A DNA stretch of 63,354 nt, filler included, from Bigelowiella natans CCMP2755 (lineage: Eukaryota; Protista; Cercozoa), in assembly GCA_000320545.1 (NCBI GenBank). It is 11 parts of 11 records of this genome, joined end to end, with 100 filler letters (N's around TTAATTAATTAA, not from the genome) between each part and the next. Parts side by side here need not be neighbours in the genome. Positions count along the whole stretch, not along the records: positions 53,693 to 56,216 come from ADNK01001221.1; positions 56,317 to 58,331 come from ADNK01000058.1; positions 58,432 to 60,318 come from ADNK01000737.1; positions 60,419 to 61,531 come from ADNK01002255.1; positions 61,632 to 63,354 come from ADNK01000941.1; 6 more parts are not named here. One strand, 5' to 3'. The position numbers and the translations under genes are program-made. Positions 55,183 through 63,354 of the stretch are shown here, piece after piece. The stretch's first letter is position 1. Every line of letters starts with the position of its first letter. The notes beneath the pieces are model-generated. The model was not told the origin of the DNA. It did no database searches and was given only the letters and a program-made list of their open reading frames with translations.

Positions 55183-55990
55183 ATAAGTGTGTGTTAAGAG
55201 TCTGCATTTTCCATACTCTCGAGAGGATATCGAGTTGCCCGTCGCTTGCAGGGCTCTTTATCCGTGCTACCTGATGACGTCCACTGCCCGCGAGATTTTA
55301 GCAAAATCCATCTTCTTGGAGAAGAAGCCGCCTACGATATTTCCAATAGAGAAGAACAAGAATACTCACCTCGACGATAGGTGCACAAGCTGTAGTTCCC
55401 TCGAAAATAAGATGACGACGACGACTACTACTACTAACAATGATAATAATATTGATTGCTAGTGGTACTACCAGGAAGATTCGTTGTGATGATAGCGTTA
55501 TCGTGTACGTGTTCTTGAACGATCTTCACCTAGAAGTGAATGGTAATGATGGATATCCGTACTACTACTACTACAACTTGCAATAATGATAATAATCGAC
55601 GTCGCGCTCTCTTAAAGTTTTCATTGAATAGATACTTTCATGCGACAAGCACATGTACAGCACACACACACACACACATACACACACACACGCACACACA
55701 CGCACACCTTTACTTATAATCTTTCTCTCTTTGCGTGCGTGCGTGCGTGTGTGTTTGTGACAAGTCACCTGCTCCTCCAGAAAGGCCAATATCGAGTCGG
55801 TGCGGAATCTGATTGAGGAACATCTCATATTGCATTCTCGCTTGAATGTCTCATCGCTTCTCATGATGCATTGTACATGCATGCAGCCCACAGCGCTACC
55901 GACACAGCACAATAATACTCATCAGAAGGCAAAGGTAGAGAAGAGACCTTCTCCAATCCACTTTCAAGGCGGGGTTGTGCGTCTGTTCAA

Positions 55991-56030
<40 letters not shown>

Positions 56031-56165
56031 GTATGTGTGTGTTTGTGTGTGTGCGTATATAAAATCAGAATTACATATTGCATATCATCATCATCATCAT
56101 CATCATCATCGTCATTATCATCATCACCGTAATCGTCTGGAGAGGCATGGGGAATATCTTCAAAC
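54280..56165 (-). CDS. GH42 beta-galactosidase, internal exons (partial)
   Basis: FEDIPMPLQTIT|THNPALKVDWRR|FRTDSILAFLEEQ|VKIVQEHVHDNAIITTNLP|GGFFSKKMDFAKISRAVDVI|SYDNYPVWGGQE|EPLHP|GRIGLHLDLSRGM. One homopolymer indel at ~56150 is assumed. Confidence 0.85.
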
Positions 56166-56685
56166 TTATTGTAGCTGCCATTATGACGGTGATGATGCCG
56201 ATGATGAGGGTGATGANNNNNNNNNNNNNNNNNNNNNNNNNNNNNNNNNNNNNNNNNNNNTTAATTAATTAANNNNNNNNNNNNNNNNNNNNNNNNNNNN
56301 NNNNNNNNNNNNNNNNAAAAAATACCCCCCCCCTAAAAACGATGGATCAGGGGGGGAAATTTTTTGGTTTAGGAGCCCTATTTTAAAAGGGGGTGGGGTA
56401 GGCTGCGGAGATTCGAATTTTTCCCCCAGCTCCTAATTTAATTTCTCTTTTTTAGGGGGGGGGCATTCCGTTTTTCTAGAGAAAAGGAGGGAGAGAAAAG
56501 AGGGAGGGAGAGAGTTTGTGTGGGCATAACCATGCCCAAAATCGATTTTTCCTAAGGTTCTTTCCTTTCTTTCTTCGTTATGTAATGGGGCATATTAAAA
56601 AAATTCCAAAATAATATATGTGATTCGGACTATTTTTTGGAAGCCCGTATTAATTTTAAGGAGGCGGCTTTCTCCCCCCCCCCCT

Positions 56686-56723
<38 letters not shown>

Positions 56724-57543
56724 GGGGGGGGGTGGGTGTGTTTTGTGTGTTTATGGTTTAAAAAATACTCTCCGTTTTGTGAATCTGGTCGCTCATGGCC
56801 TATCGTTGTTCCATCGTACATCACCATGCGGTAAACAAACACTGAAAATTAATTGTGATGGCTGATGATAACGATGATGATGATGATGAAGGGAGAATGC
56901 TTATCGTTGGGAATTGGTAGTAATAATATTGAGCTCAGAACTTATGATGAGAATGAAGAAAATGATAACCCCCCCCCCCCCCTCCTGTCCTCTTTAGCAC
57001 CAATACAAGCGGTGTCTCTACCCGGAGAGAGTCGTCGTCATCGTCGTCATTTTCTAGCAGCCAATGCATGGATAACAATCGGAGTTTGGCTCACGACTGC
57101 TACCGACGTCGAGAATTCATCAAATTCCTGGCTTGGTGTTTTCAATCGGTCGGCCCGTTGTGCATGCATGCATGTGTTGCATGAGAACTTCCCCCCCTCC
57201 CCTACCTACCTACCTACCTACCTACCTACCTACGTGCCTACCTCTTGTGAGTAGCTTAGTCATATGATTGGGTGGTGGCGATGACAAATGCTGTGTGATC
57301 ATGTTGATATAATAATAGAAATAATACGTTGTTGTTTCAGGGTGTTATCGAGAAGATCGCTGCGAGAGTTGGGTAACGTCGTGAATGATAGAAATGATGA
57401 TGATGATGATGATGATGATGGTGATAACGATGATGGTGAGGAAAAGGAAGGAGTAGTAAAAAACGAACGTCGAGAACTTACCGTATAGCACAACTTACCG
57501 TATAGCACGTCCGTTTGTCTCCCCCCTCCCTTCCCCGGACACC

Positions 57544-57586
<43 letters not shown>

Positions 57587-58248
57587 TCTGTCTCGTTTCG
57601 TCGCTATGATCCCTCCGCTCATTGTTGTTCTTTGCTCTCTACAGATTTGGGTTGTTGGAGAGCAGTTTCTCTAGGAAAATGTTAAATGAAGTCCGAAAGA
57701 GGGTCAGTGCTGTCTCCTCCTCTCCAACGAAGAAGAAGAGGGAGATAACGAAGGGGAGGGTGGGGGGAGGGGATGTAGTTGCTGAGTTTCTGGTTTGGAA
57801 GGACACAGTAGAACACACGTTTATGATGTGAGTTATTGTGATTGATTATATGCAAACTGTAGTACATCTGTCCGGATGGTACGGAAATATGCACAAACAC
57901 CACGCAGTGTGCGACAGGACGTCTGGCCTCTGCGGTAGTAGTAACACTTAGTAAAGTACCAGCCACCAGTGTATCGCAGCAGCAGCAGTAGTAGTAGTAG
58001 TAGTAGTAGTAGTAATAGTAGTAGTAGTAGTAGTAATACAGCGGATATGCTGCAAGATAAGAAAGGTCTCTCTCCAAAAGCCCTCCACTGGTATTCAATT
58101 ATTCTGGGTTGCTCTTCCTTCTTGTTTTTGTCCTTCTTCGTCTGTGTGTGTTTGTACAGAACATCAAGACAGATATGGAAACAGTATCAGGAGTCGGACC
58201 AAGCGTAATAAAAATAATAATGACGATAACAATAATAATACGTCTTCC

Positions 58249-58317
<69 letters not shown>

Positions 58318-59158
58318 GCATTAATATAGCANNNNNNNNNNNNNNNNNNNNNNNNNNNNNNNNNNNNNNNNNNNNTTAATTAATTAANNNNNNNNNNNNN
58401 NNNNNNNNNNNNNNNNNNNNNNNNNNNNNNNATCAGTACAACAAACAAGGGCAATGAGATTAATGGTTCAAGGACACCAACAATTTGGGTATAAAAGTTA
58501 TAAGAAAATTAAAACATTCAGGCATCAACTTACATATGAAGACAGTTCTCTAAAAAATTTAACGAAGTCTCAGGGGTCAGAACCAGTGGAAATAGTCCCG
58601 TCGAGAAACACGGAGCAGAGAACAAATACTCTCCGTAGAGAAGTCATTCCCACATAGAGGGGGGGGGGGGGGGGGGGGGTTGGAGTGAACGACCAAAACG
58701 ATATTCGGTGTGCTAGTGCTACTGATACTGCGTTTCCATCAATTCAAATCTAGAACTCACCACAGTCAAAGCTGAACACTTTCAGGCAAACCAGGACGAC
58801 GAATGCACACCCACAGCCCTCATACAACCCTGGAAGACGAGGACAGGTGGGGGCGAAGAGGATGAGGAGAGGCATGGAGACGAGGAAGTATAGCATCAAA
58901 CCTCTAGGAGCTATGGAAAGTTAACCCTATTGCTCTCTTACTACACCTCTCGGATTGCCGAATATTTGCCGTGGACGCCATACGACGGCTTTGGCTACCT
59001 GGGCTAAAACCTGCAGGGGAGGAATCACGCAGGGTAAGTAGCTGCTTTCGTGGGATTGCCCATCTACGACATGGCGAAGGGGAAGTATGGGGACTTGGAG
59101 CCCCCTTTCCGCACTAAGCGCCGCATCATCATTATCATTATCATCATCATCATCATCA

Positions 59159-59190
<32 letters not shown>

Positions 59191-60479
59191 ATCATCATCA
59201 TCACCATCATCCTCATCACCCACCATCAGCATGAGCGTCGAGAATCGGTCAATGTGAAATTGGTTGTTGAGAGGTATCATCAGCTTCTTGCGAGACTGAT
59301 TGGAAAGGGGTCGGCAGGGAAGTCAAACGTGGAATCGAGAGCGAGCACTTTTAATTGCACGCTAAATCGTTCCGTCTCCTACAGTTTTTGAGCCACATAT
59401 CCCCCCCCCCCCCCCCCCCCCACACACATAGAGTTTCCAGACGTCGTGGTATGACGGCCAGGCTCTCAGGAAAACCCCGCAAGAGTGCACAGGCATATAT
59501 CATCCACACATGCAGCATCCCCCCAAAAACAGATGAAATGTGACATGATGAGGAGCACGATGACGACCTGTAAGAACGCCTCGCGAGGGTACCAGCACCT
59601 AGCTGCAATAGCCTGCACTAACACGGAGCTTAGCAACTCCAACGGATATCCTAGGAGGAGGAGGATGAGGAGGAGGGGGAGGGGAAGGAGAATGTAGAGA
59701 TGATGTGCAGAGACGGGGTCATGGGCATGAACCAAGTGAGTAGTATACGAGGGAAGAAAGAAGCACGTGCATGCATAGGACGAATAAACCAACAATCCTG
59801 TCGGGACATGCATGTAGCAAATCCTCATTTCACACGGTAGCTTCCTCCTCCTCCTCCTCCTCCTCCTTCTCCTCCGCATCATCATCATTATCATCATCAT
59901 TATTATCGCCCTCTTCAAAAACCAAGGAGCTTACACGAGACGAGCGAACAAGCATAATACAAATAGTAACACTAATGATACCGAAGGCGAGGATCCAAAA
60001 GAGGAGATTGCGGGTGTGGTTGTTTTCCTGAATGCTCCCAGCCCATAACGATATCGACTGACGATAGCACGAGCCAGACACAGAGAAGGAGGAGGAGGAG
60101 GAGGAGGAGGAGGAGGAGGGGGAGAAGGGAAAAAGGGAGGAGGGGGGACATGATGGTTGTGGCGACGTGTACGAGACAATACAATAAGGAACATTAGTAA
60201 AAGCACAATTTTCCTACGTCGACTACTAATGTGGTGGATGATGATGACGACGACGCTGCTGATCATCTCTACATTCTTCTTCTCCTCCTCCTCCTCCTCA
60301 TCCTCCTCCTCCTAGGATNNNNNNNNNNNNNNNNNNNNNNNNNNNNNNNNNNNNNNNNNNNNTTAATTAATTAANNNNNNNNNNNNNNNNNNNNNNNNNN
60401 NNNNNNNNNNNNNNNNNNGGTGTTATTAGAATGATATATTAGTACGAACAGCCCCATGGCTGCCGTCCCTTCTCCTGCA

Positions 60480-61425
60480 CAAGCAAGGGCATGGACCGAC
60501 GGTCATGTTGCACGGCCACAGCTTTCCCTGTCGGCCAGGATCAGCGCCATGAGAGTACTGGTGAGCTTTCGATGGATAGGATCGAAGATTGCCGTTTGAA
60601 TGCAGTCGTGCAAACCTATTAATTACAACGTTGATGATGATGATGATGATGATGATGACGATGACGATCAAGTCGGCTCGTGTGTGTTACAGGACCAAAG
60701 CCATCAACAGTATATTTGAGCAAGCAATCTTATATTTAAAGTATCTTCGCATGCGCCTTTATCGTTTTCGCTCTCCGCAACCACCTTCACCGCCATCTGC
60801 CACCCTCCCTCTCTCCATCGACGGATTCGACGGCAACAACAGCATTGTCATCATGATGTTCAGATCTACGTTGAGGAGCTAGCAGCAGCCCTCATTCCCC
60901 CTACCTGTTCCAGGGTGGCAAGAGAGCCCCGCCTAACGTAGAAGCGGTTCACGTAGTCGAAGAAGTTGCACATCCATCTTGAGATGAGGCAGTGGTCGTC
61001 CCATTGCGACACCACCTCGCGGACCTGATATTATTTGTTTTACAGAGTCAAATCAGTGATTATGGTAAACTACTATGCGAGCAGCAGCAAGATGTTGTGA
61101 TATGGCAGAAATAGGTGGCGGATAGGGAAAGTAGTAGGCCAGACCAAATAAGCTCCTGGAGGCCTTTCTTGGATTGCGGGCAGTGACACCTTGTTCAGAT
61201 AGTGCCGGACAGACTGGCGATGATATATTATTTCAATACATAGATAGGGAGCAATTGGTCAGGTGGTGAATCTTTCCTTTCATGACTTTTTACAAGTGAG
61301 TAAATAGTTCTCTTTTATCATTGTGTGTGTGTGTGTGTGTGTGTGTAACACATCCTATCACTCCTCTCAAGAACCAACCTTTCCAAATAAAGTGTATAGC
61401 TTCCCTGTGTAACAGTGTGGCGCCT
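60480..61425 (-). CDS. Cullin (CUL1-like) N-terminal repeat exons, partial
   Basis: APHCYTGKLYTLY|SVRHYLNKVSLPAIQE..|VREVVSQWDDHCLISRWMCNFFDYVNRFYVRRGSLATLEQ|..AIFDPIHRKLTSTLMALILADRE resembles plant CUL1. Confidence 0.82.
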
Positions 61426-61723
61426 GGATATAGATGGATGTATGGATGGATGGCTGGGTGGAGAGAAGGATCGGTAGAAATGGATTGACGAATTGATTAT
61501 GTCTAGAGGTGGGGCGAACACTTTTGACCGGNNNNNNNNNNNNNNNNNNNNNNNNNNNNNNNNNNNNNNNNNNNNTTAATTAATTAANNNNNNNNNNNNN
61601 NNNNNNNNNNNNNNNNNNNNNNNNNNNNNNNTTGTATTGAGTCGCCAACACAAACTGACTCCGAATTGAAATTACGCGTTTGTTATTGTTTGTTTTCTTC
61701 TGTGTGTTGGCATTCTCGCTTAC

Positions 61724-62247
61724 CTTCCGGCTGTACTATAGAAATGCTCGCCCTCGTGTCCCGTCGCCCTCTGCATCCTTACCACTCCAGAGAGGCGGTT
61801 GGTATTTTGCTGCTCACTCTCGGCTTGAGCAACTCTCTGCTTGAACTTCGACTCAAACTTGTTCCAGTGATCATCTTTTTCCCATGACCGACGCATATCC
61901 TCCGGTCTGGCGATAGATCCCCCCCAACTACCTTGTCCTCCATCCCCTCGGGATCCATACTTCTTTGATCCCCTGTGGGACCCTGTAAAGCCACCCCGCT
62001 TCCGTTCCCGCTGATATTTACTTGCTGATGGGGGAGCGGCGAATCTGAGCACCTCCCTTTGTCCTCCATTAACAAGAAGTTTATTATCCCCCTGCCATCG
62101 TTGGGGACTTGGAACCGTAGCGGTCCGCAGACGATGGTGAAAATTAAACCTCGTTCGGGTATTCAAAATTCCACTGCGGGATTGTGAGGAGGACAGGGAG
62201 GGAGATAGGGCAAGGAGAAGGAGAAAGGGGGGTAGGCCCAAGGCCAT
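61724..62247 (-). CDS. First exon of an unknown protein with bipartite signal + basic transit-like leader
   Basis: MALGLPPFLLLLALSPSLSSS followed by an R/S-rich segment; donor AG|GTAG at 61724/61723. Confidence 0.6.
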
Positions 62248-63067
62248 AGTGTCGTCTGTGAGATCTATCTCCGCATACTTCGAAAACTTCGGAACAAAAA
62301 ACGCATTTCTTTTTACCTTAGCGACATCCAAAAAATTAGAGCTAGAATTTTCGTTGCAACGTTGTAAGAGATTTGTAGCTCCGGGGAAAATTTTCGGAAC
62401 CTTAAAGACGGGAAACAGGATAATGCGGAGATACGACAACCATCTGGTTTTGTCTCTCAGTATAATATCCCTACTTTTTTATAGAATAATTATTTTTAAT
62501 TGCGACCAAATGAAATGAAGTCGTACTGATATAAATACTGGCAATAAACCCTGGATGACCAATGGAAGGAACCTCCCGTCGGAAGAAAGCAATTTAACTG
62601 TTTACGACAAGGAAAATGATAGATTTTACGTTCTAATATAGGCAATTTTCCAACTTTTTTGGAAGCTTTGCTGTGAGAAAATCGTGGGGAAATGGAGCCC
62701 GAGCTCCTTTTCTAGGTGTCAAAATCACTCAACAACACATCGCATCTACATCCCTCCATAGATCTAGTCCTTCCATACGACAATAATAGTGTGTATCGAT
62801 CCGTCCTAAGCTATCGTGGCAGTTTCAACAGAAAATGGAAGATTTCAACCATTTTATCTTGTCTCGATCGTCGCCCTTCTCGCCTCGTGGTCTTTAGGTA
62901 TATCTCTAGAGAATCAAAGAAACAGCTGAAGAATCAAGTCACACTGATCTTGTACGAAGATGAGGTGGCGTGCCGTATACCCGTCAATATTCGCGCTCTT
63001 GACTCTGGTATGCGCCCTGGTTCTTCTCTTCTCCAGCATCGCATGGTATTAGATTCTCATACCTCTA

Positions 63068-63181
<114 letters not shown>

Positions 63182-63354
63182 CGGGGAGTTACCAGCGAGT
63201 AGAGTAGTACGTACGTAGTATTTTGTCCACTCCTATTTCAGGGTCAAATAAACCAAGAAATGTCGGCTATTTGAGGTAGGAGCAATTAGCTATATATATA
63301 TATATAGAGAGAGAGGGGGGGGGGGGGGCGCGGTCATATACACACACACACACA

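Larger units (their letters stand above)
10350..61631. other. Ten artificial 100-bp contig spacers: 10350-10449, 15718-15817, 17522-17621, 19138-19237, 29978-30077, 53593-53692, 56217-56316, 58332-58431, 60319-60418, 61532-61631
   Basis: Identical N-run + TTAATTAATTAA (stops in all six frames) + N-run each time. Confidence 0.97.

Noticed and set aside
56317-60318. Exon-like fragments in two short contigs (also 52700-53590 and 62550-63010)
   Set aside because: Probably genic, but strand, frame and family could not be established.
60590-60600. Frameshifts in cullin (TTT 60595-60597) and GH42 (GGGG 56149-56152) as pseudogenisation or programmed frameshifting
   Set aside because: Single-base homopolymer indels near contig ends are most likely sequencing errors.

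Overview
Eukaryotic, intron-rich, microsatellite-laden nuclear DNA. It is 11 contigs joined by ten artificial 100-bp spacers (N44-TTAATTAATTAA-N44), so adjacency across spacers is not proven. Several proteins carry bipartite signal+transit leaders, which suggests an alga with a secondary plastid (chlorarachniophyte-like; inference). Genes reconstructed by manual splicing: mitochondrial MDH, myosin light chain/calmodulin-like protein, secreted class-3 lipase, CCR4/EEP-family fragment, LSMT-like SET protein, dynactin p27, an intronless TM+Kelch protein, a PTEN-like fragment, CLEC16A/TT9, an OPR-like helical-repeat protein, D-2-hydroxyacid dehydrogenase, a STE20-family kinase, a histidine phosphatase, a GH42 beta-galactosidase fragment and a cullin fragment. 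The most striking unexplained signal is localized erasure of TpA dinucleotides that spares CTAG (51.2-52.3 kb, 38.5-38.9 kb, partly 5.0-5.9 kb), with excess TG/CA. This looks like a RIP-like TA->TG/CA hypermutation process.
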